A stretch of 64,000 bases of DNA from a virus (taxonomy: Duplodnaviria; Caudoviricetes). Positions 1-9,416 of the stretch are shown in pieces. Both the position numbers and the translations under genes were made by a program. The stretch covers positions 36,080-100,079 of the IMG/VR virus record IMGVR_UViG_3300029305_001134; one strand, written 5' to 3'. Position 1 is the stretch's first letter; each line of letters begins with the position of its first letter. A model generated the notes under the pieces. The model was not told the origin of the DNA. It worked only from the letters and a program-made list of their open reading frames with translations, and did not search any database.

Positions 1-127
1 ATTGTAATGGCGATATGACGGCTGCTCTTGAACTTGCCGAAAAAATTCAGAAAGAAGAAAAAGATTTCATGTTTGATCAAGGTATAAAACATATTTTCGG
101 AGATTAATAAGAAAGGCGGTAGTAACT

Positions 128-388
128 ATGAAAAATATTAACTGGATTGTACGAATTAAAAACAAAAACTTTTGGATAGCTATTATTCCAGCAGTATTGC
201 TGTTGATTCAGGTGGTAGCTGCCGTGTTCGGATTCAGTCTTGACTTAGGCGATTTGGGTAATAAGTTACTCGCGGTTGTTAATGCTGTGTTTATGGTATT
301 ATCAATTCTCGGTGTAGTAGTAGACCCAACGACAGCTGGAATCGCAGACAGTACACAGGCTATGACTTACAGTGAACCAAAGAAATAA
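128..388 (+). CDS. Phage holin (phi LC3-like)
   Basis: MKNINWIVRIKNKNFW start, two hydrophobic helices, GVVVDPTTAGIADS motif typical of LC3-family holins. Confidence 0.9.
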   Translation: MKNINWIVRIKNKNFWIAIIPAVLLLIQVVAAVFGFSLDLGDLGNKLLAVVNAVFMVLSILGVVVDPTTAGIADSTQAMTYSEPKK

Positions 389-471
389 TGTGAATGAAGG
401 GCCTCGTTGAACAAACGGGGTCTTTTGTTTTTCTTCAAAATGGAATTCGCGACCTATACGAGTCCTTTTAT

Positions 472-620
472 GAGAGAGAATTAGGAATGACTCCAATGAC
501 GATATTAAATAAAGATATGAAAAAATTAATATTATCAGGAGACGCTGGCCTACTAGACGGTCTTTATCAGATACAGTCTAATTGAGCGGGTTCGAGTCCT
601 ACAGATACGCATTCTCTCTT
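472..620 (+). ncRNA. Putative sRNA 1 with paired ends
   Basis: Begins right after motif TTAT; AGAGAGAAT (473-481) pairs with ATTCTCTCT (611-619); TAGGA/TCCTA extends the stem; T-loop-like GGGTTCGAGTCC; no convincing RBS-ORF. Confidence 0.55.
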
Positions 621-632
621 ATTTTTCTATTT

Positions 633-665
633 GAACGAAGTGAAAACAGGTGAACTTTAGTTGAA
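633..665 (+). repeat. Second repeat GTGAGAACAGGTGAAACTTTAGTTGAA, copy 1 (others at 10294, 11341, 11827; degenerate near 2293 and 53363)
   Basis: Near-identical ~30-bp sequence between a terminator and the next TCGCG motif in four places. Confidence 0.85.
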
Positions 666-721
666 TTCGCGACCTATACATACCCTATTATGAGATAAAA
701 ACCAAAAAGGAGATGTTTAAC

Positions 722-931
722 ATGGAAGTTAAAACTAAAGGCTATGATATTGAGCAAGTAGTTGATGTAATTGAAATGTTATCATATTCACAAGGTTTTT
801 ACGGACGATTATTAGAAGAGATCCTATATATTGAGGAGAACGAACCAGCTAAGTACGAAGTATTTAAGCAAATTATCGAGAAACAGGAGTTTGAAGACCC
901 TGTGGACGTAGTGCTATTCTTCGAAGGCTAG
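722..931 (+). CDS. Cassette hypothetical protein
   Basis: AAAAGGAG RBS; motif upstream; hairpin GAGTCCTT/AAGGGCTC downstream. Confidence 0.8.
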   Translation: MEVKTKGYDIEQVVDVIEMLSYSQGFYGRLLEEILYIEENEPAKYEVFKQIIEKQEFEDPVDVVLFFEG

Positions 932-1003
932 GACGAGTCCTTAACAAGGGCTCTTCATTTTCTCTCGCGACCGAAACATTTCTTTTATGAGGAGGTGATA
1001 TGA

Positions 1004-1255
1004 ATGGTATGGTATAAATTAAAACAGGACTTTTCTAGAAAAGAAGCGAAACTAATTTTAAAGTATATGCAAGAAATTATTGACGAGTACGGCTATGTAA
1101 CTCTCGCCGATTTTTATGATCTCGTAGATGTTAGAAGAGTTGTCTACACGGATAATAAAAAACGTTGGCGTTCGTTAAATGGGGCTAGAGTATCGTTGTT
1201 TAAAGGTAAATATGGGTATAGAATAAAATTACCGGCTTTTGAGGAATTGTCATGA
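1004..1255 (+). CDS. Cassette protein carrying the YGxVTxADxYD domain, paralogous to the C-terminus of 16000..16596
   Basis: IIDEYGYVTLADFYDL vs VIETYGHVTVADMYDM. Confidence 0.75.
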   Translation: MVWYKLKQDFSRKEAKLILKYMQEIIDEYGYVTLADFYDLVDVRRVVYTDNKKRWRSLNGARVSLFKGKYGYRIKLPAFEELS

Positions 1256-1380
1256 CGTAAATCAATATCATATTGCACTAAAACAATAAGGGCTTAGGAG
1301 AAATCTTAGGCTCTTCTTTTTCTTTTCGCGCTTCCTACACTTCCTTTTATGGGAAAACATTTCGAAAGGGGACAATCAAA

Positions 1381-1701
1381 ATGGCTAGATTTAATGCGAA
1401 AGAAGAAACATGGTTGAAAGTAGAAGTCTTAGGAAAAGAAGGTTTATTTATAGATTTACGAATCGATAGAAAGACTGTTCCAGAAGGCTATCATATGTAC
1501 GAGGTAAGACACTCTGATGATGATTGGGGTGAACCTGTAGAGATAGGCGAATGGATTATGGTAAATTTCTTCGGCACGTTATTGATGAAAGAACCATTCG
1601 AATTAGAGAAATCTACTGCGGTCAATAATGCTTATTTGTGGTTAGAGAATCCAGAAGATTTTGGGTATCTTGGAGAAACTGTAGAATTTGGAGAGAGTTA
1701 A
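1381..1701 (+). CDS. LPD28-like (large polyvalent protein-associated domain) protein
   Basis: RIDRKTVPEGYHMYEVRHSDDDWGEP...VNFFGT resembles LPD28 as I recall it. Confidence 0.65.
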   Translation: MARFNAKEETWLKVEVLGKEGLFIDLRIDRKTVPEGYHMYEVRHSDDDWGEPVEIGEWIMVNFFGTLLMKEPFELEKSTAVNNAYLWLENPEDFGYLGETVEFGES

Positions 1702-1772
1702 ACATGCTCTCTTCTTTTCGCGTAAATTACTGATCCTCTTATAGAAAAACCAAAATAAAAGGAGGAAATATT

Positions 1773-2000
1773 ATGTTTGAAAATAAAATTATCAAAGGAG
1801 AGTATGCGAGTAGATATATCGCAAGCTGGATTCGAGTAGGTGGACAACTCAGATATGGTAAGGATGAAGATGATTTTAACGAATGGTTATTATCATTAGG
1901 TCTTACCGAAGATGAGGCGTACTACATTACGAATTTAGCACGATGTGGTAAACTCGAAATGCAGACACACGCACAGATGTTTTTAAAGAATAGACGTTAA
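1773..2000 (+). CDS. Cassette hypothetical protein
   Basis: GGAGG RBS, motif at 1717, downstream hairpin. Confidence 0.8.
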   Translation: MFENKIIKGEYASRYIASWIRVGGQLRYGKDEDDFNEWLLSLGLTEDEAYYITNLARCGKLEMQTHAQMFLKNRR

Positions 2001-2105
2001 TAGAATTCAAAATGGTTTGCGAGGGAGGTCTACAAAGGCTTCTCTTTTCTTTTTCGCTAAATAAACAATCTATATTATAGAAAAAACAATCAAGGAGGAA
2101 CGATT

Positions 2106-2267
2106 ATGAAAGTAGTAGTTGACAATTTTAGTTATAAGGGTAAATACTATGATAAATTTGAGTGTGAATTACCAGTATCGGATTTAAATAGTATTAGCAG
2201 TAAAGAATTATCGGCTATGTTTACCGAACAAATCGATATTTTTGAAGGAAGAAAGGAGTCTCACTAA
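2106..2267 (+). CDS. 53-aa cassette protein (not in ORF track)
   Basis: AAGGAGG RBS; MKVVVDNFSYKGKYYDKFECELP...; motif at 2053; hairpin overlaps the stop. Confidence 0.7.
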   Translation: MKVVVDNFSYKGKYYDKFECELPVSDLNSISSKELSAMFTEQIDIFEGRKESH

Positions 2268-2385
2268 TGGGGCTTCTTTTATTTTTCTGCTTGAATGAAA
2301 CGAGAACAGACGAATTGTACGGATGAGCTATTTCGCGCCTCTTACACGTCCTCTTATGAAGACAAATAGCGAAAGGATGATTGCT

Positions 2386-2610
2386 ATGTGTAAAGTGTAT
2401 GAATTCCCACAACAAACTGAGCTTCCAAAAGAAGAGGCGGAATTACTCGAAATTTTAGGCGAGGCGTATGTGAAAGCATTATACAACGCATTAGTCAAAA
2501 TGGTGGGTGGTGGAGCTTCTCGTGATGAAATGGAAGAGGTTAATGGGCTAGTACATCGAGCATTTTTGAAAGGTATGAACAAAGCGCTAGAGGAATATGA
2601 GAAGTCCTGA
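2386..2610 (+). CDS. Cassette hypothetical protein
   Basis: GAAAGGA RBS before MCKVYEFP; motif at 2332. Confidence 0.7.
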   Translation: MCKVYEFPQQTELPKEEAELLEILGEAYVKALYNALVKMVGGGASRDEMEEVNGLVHRAFLKGMNKALEEYEKS

Positions 2611-2669
2611 ACAAGGGCTTTTCTTTTTTCGCTAAATAAACACTTCGTTTTATGAGGAGGTGATTTGGA

Positions 2670-2849
2670 ATGATACAAACTGATTTCGTAAAACTCAATA
2701 ACAAAGACGAAAGATTCAGATTTTCAACAAAACTGGTATGCGTTATAAAACCGATTATTCGAGTAGTATTAACACCGATATTCTTGTTGATTAGATTATA
2801 TTGTTGGGTTTGGGATTACGATTATTACGAGATATTTTTCAAACGCTAA
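2670..2849 (+). CDS. 59-aa cassette protein (not in ORF track)
   Basis: GGAGGTG RBS; MIQTDFVKL...; motif at 2628; hairpin GGGCTC/GAGTCC downstream. Confidence 0.7.
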   Translation: MIQTDFVKLNNKDERFRFSTKLVCVIKPIIRVVLTPIFLLIRLYCWVWDYDYYEIFFKR

Positions 2850-2903
2850 AAACAATAGAACTGGGCTCATAACGAGTCCTTTTCTTTTTCTCCCCCAACC
2901 CAC

Positions 2904-3050
2904 TGGACTTTTTACCTTAAACAACCGTGTGCTGTCGAGTGAGCACCCTGATGATAAAGTCATTTCTCCGATTATATTTACTGTTGGACTTTTGACCTTA
3001 AACAACCGAGGGCTTCTCTGTACGCACTCTGTTCATAAAGTCGTTTCTCC
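2904..3050. repeat. Two tandem 66-bp att-like sites (2904-2969, 2985-3050)
   Basis: TGGACTTTT.ACCTTAAACAACCG + 26 nt + ATAAAGTC.TTTCTCC twice; GACTTT/AAAGTC inverted arms; directly downstream of the serine integrase. Confidence 0.6.
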
Positions 3051-3092
3051 AACATAAGAAAAACCCCGCCGTAGCAAGGTTTCTCAGGGTTG

Positions 3093-4943
3093 TTATATTT
3101 TCAGATGCATCACGATTTCCATGTCATCTTTGTCTGTTTTACGTCTTGTGAGCTTAGTTGTCTTCGAATATATGATTCTGTTTATGATTGATTTCAATGA
3201 CTCATTCTTTTGTGGTATACTCATATTGTCGTATTCATTTAAGCAGTCTTCCAATTTGGGGATTGCTTTTTTATATCTAATTAACTTTTCTTCCTCTTCG
3301 GTATTTTCGAATTTGGCCAGTTTACGTTCAATCGAATCAATTTCTTTTTCGATGTCGTTCTTCAACTCGATATAATCATCGTATGATATTTCTTCACGAT
3401 TTCGAGTACGTAATAAATTCTTCCGTTCAGTTTTTAATCCAGTCAATTTCTTCTCTAATTTCAAAATGGTTTTGTGCGTATCGTCTCTTTCTTTAATAAT
3501 TTCCTCTTCATAGTTATCTACATAATATTTAAAATCTTTTAATTCTTCTTTTAGCTGCCTTAATACTTCTTTCTCTAATTTCGGAAGCACGCAAGACACC
3601 ATATCGCAGTTTTGGTTACTACACATGAACGTATCTGCTCCAGGTGGTTTCTCCTCATATGTTAGTAATTGCTTATCGAATTCATCAGTCTCGATATCTA
3701 GGAAGAATTTTAACTCGAACCATTTTTCGCTGAATAAATCCGTGTAATGTAGCTTCTCAGGATCAGGTCTAAACCAATCATTTATCTTACTACGAGATAC
3801 TCCGAGAAAATCTGCTATCTGTTGACTGGTAACACCCTTCTTAGCTCTAGCTTCTCGAATTAATTGGTTGATAGCCACTTTATTAACTTTATATTTTCGT
3901 ACCCGTTTAATTTCTTTCTTTCTACGATTCTGTACCCGAACGAGTGAGTAACCGCATTTCTTACAGAACACCAAACCAGCCAAAGGATTCTTTAGTTCTC
4001 GATTCCAGCCAGTTTTGTCAGGCTTATTTTTCCGCAGTCTCTCCTGTGCCATATCCCATTTCTCTTTACTGATAATACCTTCTTGTCTACCTCGAACTAA
4101 CATATATTCTTCTGGGCTTGGTCTAAACTTGTGTAACTCTCCGTTTATAAGTTTCTTTACTACTGGTCTTTTACCCCAAGCGAGATCGCCGTAATAAACT
4201 TCATTCTTTAAAATATGTCGGACCATTTCGTCATTCCATAGTTCAGCTATACGAGGTTTTAATTCGTGCTTGTTCAAATAATTCGCTGTCTCCAGAGTAG
4301 ATAAACCATCATCAACAAAAGCTGAGAACAGAGCTTCAACGATTGGTGCTTCATTCTGGTCTTTAATTAACATGAATCCTCTATCGAGTGGCTTACGAGC
4401 ATAACCAAAAGGAGGAGTGCTACCAATCCATTTACCTTCACGTAATGATAATTGTCTACCACGACCTAATATTTCTTTTGTATATTCCAAATATTTATTA
4501 CCTTGTAGTAATTGAGCTTCGAATATTTCTTTATCAAATTTGTTATTCAAATCATATGCTTTGGTTATTGTGGCGATTATCGTATTCGTATATTTCAGAA
4601 TTTGTACAACACGACCACAGTCTAACATTTCACCACGAGATATACGCTGAGGTTCAATCACGAGTAATACAGAACCTTCTTCCTTCTCTAATCGATGAAA
4701 CACCTTCTTAATCTCAACACGATCGTCTATTGTCTCGCCAGAAACAACTTCACGATAGATATTTTCTTCAGGTATTTTCTCTCCGAATGTTTGTATAGCA
4801 TATTCTTGAAGAATCGTTTCATGTCGGGATAATACTTCTTCAACACTTTCTTTACCTTCCGCACGAGATTTCCTCAGATAGATAATTACTCGTCGTACAC
4901 TTATTTTTCCTAATTCGTATGGTGTTATGATATTTAAGCTCAT
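3093..4943 (-). CDS. Large serine recombinase (integrase) with an inserted XRE-like HTH
   Basis: YLRKS catalytic Ser, RISR motif, PPFGY recombinase domain, CKKC/CSNQNC zinc ribbon, coiled coil; AAAGGAG RBS favours the start at 4943. Confidence 0.93.
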   Translation of the reverse strand: MSLNIITPYELGKISVRRVIIYLRKSRAEGKESVEEVLSRHETILQEYAIQTFGEKIPEENIYREVVSGETIDDRVEIKKVFHRLEKEEGSVLLVIEPQRISRGEMLDCGRVVQILKYTNTIIATITKAYDLNNKFDKEIFEAQLLQGNKYLEYTKEILGRGRQLSLREGKWIGSTPPFGYARKPLDRGFMLIKDQNEAPIVEALFSAFVDDGLSTLETANYLNKHELKPRIAELWNDEMVRHILKNEVYYGDLAWGKRPVVKKLINGELHKFRPSPEEYMLVRGRQEGIISKEKWDMAQERLRKNKPDKTGWNRELKNPLAGLVFCKKCGYSLVRVQNRRKKEIKRVRKYKVNKVAINQLIREARAKKGVTSQQIADFLGVSRSKINDWFRPDPEKLHYTDLFSEKWFELKFFLDIETDEFDKQLLTYEEKPPGADTFMCSNQNCDMVSCVLPKLEKEVLRQLKEELKDFKYYVDNYEEEIIKERDDTHKTILKLEKKLTGLKTERKNLLRTRNREEISYDDYIELKNDIEKEIDSIERKLAKFENTEEEEKLIRYKKAIPKLEDCLNEYDNMSIPQKNESLKSIINRIIYSKTTKLTRRKTDKDDMEIVMHLKI

Positions 4944-5214
4944 GGAAAAATTTACTCCTTTTCTTAGATGACTTTTTATATTACGCTTCAAATAGTAAAC
5001 TTTCATAATTTGCTGAATACTTACATATCTTTCATCGAGGTGGTTAAAAACATGAAAATTACAGTTGTCAGAAACGAACCAACGAAGGAAGTCCTTCAAA
5101 ATATTTATGACGTAATGAACAGAAATATTAAAAATCCAAAATGTTTTTATACGTCAGAAGAAACTAAAAAATTAAAGAAGGACAAATCCAACGTGTGGCT
5201 GTAATGGCTGCGCG

Positions 5215-5598
5215 TTATTTTTTAATTTGCTCTCTGACTGATAAGTATAATTTCATGATATTTTCGTATAGGTCTTGTTTCTCTTCTAATGATACTTTGT
5301 CATTTTCAAATATTAGTCTAGCTCGTTCTAATAAATCTACAGTTTCTATTTCATCGGTTTTACATCCAAGTGTCTCGATTGAAACGTTAAAATAATCTGC
5401 GAGTATCTTTATTTGATGGATATTTAAGTTCCTTTTACCTGTCTCTAGATTTGATACTTGTCCTCTCGATAACGGTCTTCCTGTTGCTCTATTTCCTAAA
5501 ACTATTCCTAACTCATCTTGTGTTATATTTCTCATTTTTCTTAATTGTCTCACCCGACCACCTATTTCTTTTGTATCGAGCGTCTTTTGAATTTGCAT
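5215..5598 (-). CDS. XRE-family repressor, no peptidase domain
   Basis: IGGRVRQLRKMRNITQDELG...VSNLETGKRN...LADYFNVS. Confidence 0.88.
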   Translation of the reverse strand: MQIQKTLDTKEIGGRVRQLRKMRNITQDELGIVLGNRATGRPLSRGQVSNLETGKRNLNIHQIKILADYFNVSIETLGCKTDEIETVDLLERARLIFENDKVSLEEKQDLYENIMKLYLSVREQIKK

Positions 5599-5694
5599 CG
5601 GATATCACTTTCCTTTCTTATAATAAAGTACATGTTTCATTCTACACAAAAATATTCAAATAGCAAACTTTTTAGTTCGAAATTTAAAAACTTA

Positions 5695-5754
5695 TTTACA
5701 AATTCTAAAAATTATATTAAGATAGCAATGTAAACACGTATGGAACATACGTTC
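5695..5754 (+). promoter_or_regulatory. sigma-A-type promoter with downstream LexA (SOS) box
   Basis: TTTACA-17-TAAGAT (5695-5723); GAACATACGTTC (5743-5754) fits the Firmicutes GAAC-N4-GTTC box. Confidence 0.6.
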
Positions 5755-5782
5755 TAATCTTAATCGATAGGAGTGAACCGCT

Positions 5783-5959
5783 GTGGATGGTGTAGCGAAG
5801 GTTATTGACGAATTGGGATTGATGATTTTACAGAAAGATATTGAGCTTGAATTAAAACAAAATGAGATCGATAAATTAAAAAGAAAGATAGAAATGATTG
5901 AACAATACTTAGACATGTACGAGGATAATTGCAACTACGATTTCGCATTAAAACGATAA
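5783..5959 (+). CDS. 58-aa coiled-coil protein (not in ORF track)
   Basis: AGGAGTG RBS, GTG start, MDGVAKVIDELGLMILQKDIELELK... Confidence 0.65.
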   Translation: MDGVAKVIDELGLMILQKDIELELKQNEIDKLKRKIEMIEQYLDMYEDNCNYDFALKR

Positions 5960-6053
5960 TACATATACATACTTAATCTAATCATTCCCTTGCCCCGGTA
6001 CTTATGGTTAGATACTTTTTTAAACATAGTGCGTCAAATAGTAAACTAATGAG

Positions 6054-6278
6054 GTGAAAAGTTTGCATAGAAGAAAGAAATTAGTGTTTTGGAGAATAGA
6101 ACGACGAATGAGACAGAGGGATTTGTGTGAGAGGTTAGGAATCACTACAGCTCATTACTCGAATATCGAACGAGGTATATCAGATCCGTCTTATGTTTTA
6201 TTAATGAAATTTCGAGAGTTATACGATGGTGATGTTTTAGATTTGTTTGAAAAGGAGAATTCAAAATGGCAACAGTAA
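6054..6278 (+). CDS. Cro-like XRE HTH regulator
   Basis: RMRQRDLCERLGITTAHYSNIERG; divergent from the repressor. Confidence 0.85.
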   Translation: MKSLHRRKKLVFWRIERRMRQRDLCERLGITTAHYSNIERGISDPSYVLLMKFRELYDGDVLDLFEKENSKWQQ

Positions 6279-6685
6279 TACGTGCGGAAATTTCAGAAAA
6301 GAATAAATATTGGATAGATAAACATAGACATTACGAGTTAAAACATTTCTGCCTACAATATCCCGAATGGAAAAGAGCTTATATGGAATTTGATAATCCA
6401 AGTATCCCTTTATCAATGATGGAAAGAGTTCCTACAAGTAATCTACCAGGCGATCCTACTGCTAAACGAGCGATGATGAAATCATATTATGGTGAACGAA
6501 TTAAATTACTCGAACAGATTGCTTTAGAAGCTGATAACTGTTTACATAATTATATTTTAAAAGCTGTCACCGAAGGATTGTCTTATACATACTTAAACAC
6601 TCGATTAGGGATTCCTTGTAGTAGAGATTTATATTACGATCGCTATAGGAAATTCTTCTGGTTACTTAGTAAGGCGCGAGGATAA
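6266..6685 (+). CDS. Phage protein, possible transcriptional regulator (RinA/ArpU-like C-terminus)
   Basis: ELKHFCLQY...GLSY...YYDRYRKFFWLL. Confidence 0.6.
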   Translation: MATVIRAEISEKNKYWIDKHRHYELKHFCLQYPEWKRAYMEFDNPSIPLSMMERVPTSNLPGDPTAKRAMMKSYYGERIKLLEQIALEADNCLHNYILKAVTEGLSYTYLNTRLGIPCSRDLYYDRYRKFFWLLSKARG

Positions 6686-6725
6686 CATCTCCTTTTATGA
6701 AAATATATTTAAAGGAGGAATACTT

Positions 6726-6977
6726 ATGTTAGTATTAGGATTTTTGGGATATTTAGTAATTGGATACGCGAGCTTATTCGTGGTTGTGATGATCCACATA
6801 ATTAAAGCTGAAAAAGCAGGTTATGATTGTCTAAATTGGTGGGGTAAACATACCGCCAATATTGGAAATCAAATCGATGACAACTTTATCATTGGATTGA
6901 TTATCTGGCCGGTACGATTAATGCAATTCATTATTGATATTCCGGAATATTATGAACAGTATGGCTTTAAATATTAA
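6726..6977 (+). CDS. Cassette membrane protein
   Basis: GGAGG RBS; hydrophobic helices. Confidence 0.75.
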   Translation: MLVLGFLGYLVIGYASLFVVVMIHIIKAEKAGYDCLNWWGKHTANIGNQIDDNFIIGLIIWPVRLMQFIIDIPEYYEQYGFKY

Positions 6978-7080
6978 GGAGGACTCACATCGAGTCTTCT
7001 TTTTTTGTTATTCGCGAAATTTACAACATCTATTATGGAAAATACATTACAAATTTATATATTATAGGAGGAAATATTTT

Positions 7081-7359
7081 ATGAAAAAAGTATTAATTAT
7101 GATTGGGGGAGTATGTGGTGTGATTGGCAATTTTATCGCAACTGAAAACAAATATTACGATGAAGTAGCAAAAGCTGAAGAAGCTGTGGCTAGCTTTAAC
7201 GAAGTAGAAGTAATCGGTGCGTATGAAAAGGCTAGTCTCGAAACAGACTGGAATAATGGTACATACGGAATCACAGTACGATTATATACAGCAGATGGAA
7301 CTATGATCTCATCTGTAGTGTATGAAGATGTGAATGATTTTATCGAGAGGGAGTTCTAG
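7081..7359 (+). CDS. Cassette protein with signal/anchor helix
   Basis: AGGAGG RBS; MKKVLIMIGG... Confidence 0.75.
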   Translation: MKKVLIMIGGVCGVIGNFIATENKYYDEVAKAEEAVASFNEVEVIGAYEKASLETDWNNGTYGITVRLYTADGTMISSVVYEDVNDFIEREF

Positions 7360-7441
7360 GAACTCTTCTCTTTTTTTTTCGCTATTTTTACACAGTGTAT
7401 TATAGAAAATACAAAATCATTAATTGAAAGGAGATATAACT

Positions 7442-7519
7442 ATGATGAATTTAGACAAATTATTCGACGAGCTTATGCAAGAATTCGAGGAAATGATTGA
7501 GCATTTTAAAAACAGTTGA
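7442..7519 (+). CDS. 25-aa acidic peptide MMNLDKLFDELMQEFEEMIEHFKNS
   Basis: GAAAGGAG RBS; own motif (7378) and hairpin. Confidence 0.6.
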   Translation: MMNLDKLFDELMQEFEEMIEHFKNS

Positions 7520-7622
7520 GAGGCTTCGGCTTCTCTTTTTCTTTAATTGTACATTCGCGCGAAAAACATACCCCTTTATGAAAAACTATTTAATTAATGA
7601 ATTCAAAATGGAGGTATGAATT

Positions 7623-7871
7623 ATGTTACGCAAAATGATTGAACAGATTATTGAGAAGAGACAAGCAGTTAGAAAGGCATTGGTGAAGGAAACTTTTGGG
7701 GATATGCATACATTAGTAGGTATGTCGGACGAGGAGTTTAAATTCATGAAAGCGGTTCTGGAATTAGAAAACATGACTGATGATCTGTTGGGAACAGTAG
7801 GTGTAGAAATCGAGAAACTTCAAAATGATGTTGATAAATTAAATAAGGAAATGTTAGAGAGGGCTAAATAA
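7623..7871 (+). CDS. Cassette coiled-coil protein
   Basis: GGAGGT RBS; motif at 7554. Confidence 0.75.
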   Translation: MLRKMIEQIIEKRQAVRKALVKETFGDMHTLVGMSDEEFKFMKAVLELENMTDDLLGTVGVEIEKLQNDVDKLNKEMLERAK

Positions 7872-7947
7872 GCCTTTCTCTTTTCTTTTTCGCGAATTAA
7901 ACACAGTATATTATGAGAAAAATTTATATATTTAGGAGGAAATCAAA

Positions 7948-8079
7948 ATGAAAAAAGTTGGAGTATTTATCAAAAAGCACATGAAGAAATTTATCGGAGG
8001 CGCTATTGGGTTAGTATTAACAATTGTATCATTAGGTTTATACCAAGTGTATAAAAGTAAACAAGAAGAGGAGGCTTAG
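7948..8079 (+). CDS. 43-aa single-TM peptide
   Basis: AGGAGG RBS; motif at 7889. Confidence 0.65.
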   Translation: MKKVGVFIKKHMKKFIGGAIGLVLTIVSLGLYQVYKSKQEEEA

Positions 8080-8219
8080 GCTTCTTCTTTTTATTTTCGA
8101 ACATATTTCTAATCTAGATTAAAACCACCTCTAACCTAGAATAGAAAAACCGTACGTAGGTGACTGAGATCAATGCTACATTCGTAGTGTGATAAATATT
8201 TTTAAGAAAGGAGAATGCT

Positions 8220-8438
8220 ATGGAAATTATTATCGCTATTATTTTTGGAGGTGTGCTTGGATTCGTATTAGGTGTATTAATCGCTCGTAAAACCAAACCA
8301 GACGGGATATTACGAATCGATCATACCAACCCAGAGAAAGATACCTATCGATTTGAAATTGACGAGATTGATAAGTTATCGAATAAAAGATACATACGAT
8401 TGAAAGTAGATAACAACGCCAATCTTTCGCAAGATTAA
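8220..8438 (+). CDS. Small membrane-anchored protein
   Basis: AAGGAG RBS; N-terminal TM helix. Confidence 0.75.
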   Translation: MEIIIAIIFGGVLGFVLGVLIARKTKPDGILRIDHTNPEKDTYRFEIDEIDKLSNKRYIRLKVDNNANLSQD

Positions 8439-8481
8439 CATGGTCTTTTATGAAGTATTATATTTAAAGGAGGGCTTTATT

Positions 8482-8898
8482 ATGCCAGAAAAGAAATCTT
8501 TAAAACAGTTGATGGAAGAGGTAGCAGCTGAAAAATTGCAATATGTGTTAGAACATGAACAGGGGGATGACGATGCAGAAGAAGCATTCGATCAGGCCAT
8601 TACAGCTGTGAAAGTTTATAATGACATGGTTAAGATTGACGATGCTCATGATGAAGAACTTAAACGTCAGGAGATTGAGAAAGACAAACAAGAGGCGGAT
8701 AAGAAATTCAAAATGAGTGAATCGACAAAAGAAAAGATCATGAAAGGAATTGAACTCGGAGCAGTTGTAATCGTTACACCTGTAATCGGGTATTTCTCGA
8801 ACAAGAATCTCGCTAAGTTCTTATGCAAAGCTGAGCAGTTTGAGACCTTTACAACAACTGCCGGAAGATCTTTGGGCAAGATGTTTAAGTTCAAATAA
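8482..8898 (+). CDS. Cassette hypothetical protein
   Basis: AAGGAGG RBS; motif at 8426. Confidence 0.75.
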   Translation: MPEKKSLKQLMEEVAAEKLQYVLEHEQGDDDAEEAFDQAITAVKVYNDMVKIDDAHDEELKRQEIEKDKQEADKKFKMSESTKEKIMKGIELGAVVIVTPVIGYFSNKNLAKFLCKAEQFETFTTTAGRSLGKMFKFK

Positions 8899-8954
8899 TG
8901 AGTAATACTCGTAGGGAGGGCTATGGAAACATAGTCTTCTCTTTTTCTTTTATC

Positions 8955-9115
8955 TCATACTATTCGTAGTAGTAACAGGTCATTTTATTTTTTTTTATTT
9001 AATATTTATATGTAATAACATTAACTTTTGTTAATAAATATAAACTATTGTTAATGTAAGTATATAAGTAATTAAAAGAAATATTTTTTTTTACGAATAG
9101 TAGTAGCAGGTCTCA
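8955..9115. other. Very AT-rich tract bounded by repeats (origin-like)
   Basis: TACTATTCGTA/TACGAATAGTA inverted pair; TAGTAGTA(A/G)CAGGTC direct pair; core TTAACTTTTGTTAA. Confidence 0.45.
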
Positions 9116-9167
9116 CGAATTTTACACGCTCCTTTATGAGAATTAATTTCAAAGGAGGATTTATATT

Positions 9168-9347
9168 ATGAGTAAAAGAACAAGAATTGATGCGAGTAGA
9201 GAGGCTAGACTTTGGTTGAAAGAAGTTTTATTACCAGCGGGAGCGTTGATAGTAACAGCTATTTCAATTCCAGAGGTTAGGAATACTGGCGAGAAGTTAC
9301 TTACGAAGAGTAAAGACTTTATTGAATCGAAATTCAAAAGAAACTAA
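9168..9347 (+). CDS. 59-aa cassette protein (not in ORF track)
   Basis: AAGGAGG RBS; MSKRTRIDASREARLWL... Confidence 0.7.
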   Translation: MSKRTRIDASREARLWLKEVLLPAGALIVTAISIPEVRNTGEKLLTKSKDFIESKFKRN

Positions 9348-9416
9348 GAGATTAGGGGCTTAACGGCTCCTTTTCTTTTTCTACGAATGATACGCGAAAT
9401 ATACAACGAATATTAT

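Larger units (their letters stand above)
446..2654 (+). promoter_or_regulatory. Cluster 1 of TCGCG-N16-TTAT element, 8 copies (446, 666, 965, 1325, 1717, 2053, 2332, 2628); putative phage RNAP promoter
   Basis: e.g. TTCGCGACCTATACATACCCTATTATGAGA at 666; fixed spacing; each copy precedes an RBS+ORF or a structured RNA and follows the previous unit's hairpin. Confidence 0.8.

Noticed and set aside
530-612. tRNA gene suggested by GGTTCGAGTCC
   Set aside because: No acceptor, D or anticodon arms could be built; kept only as part of an sRNA candidate
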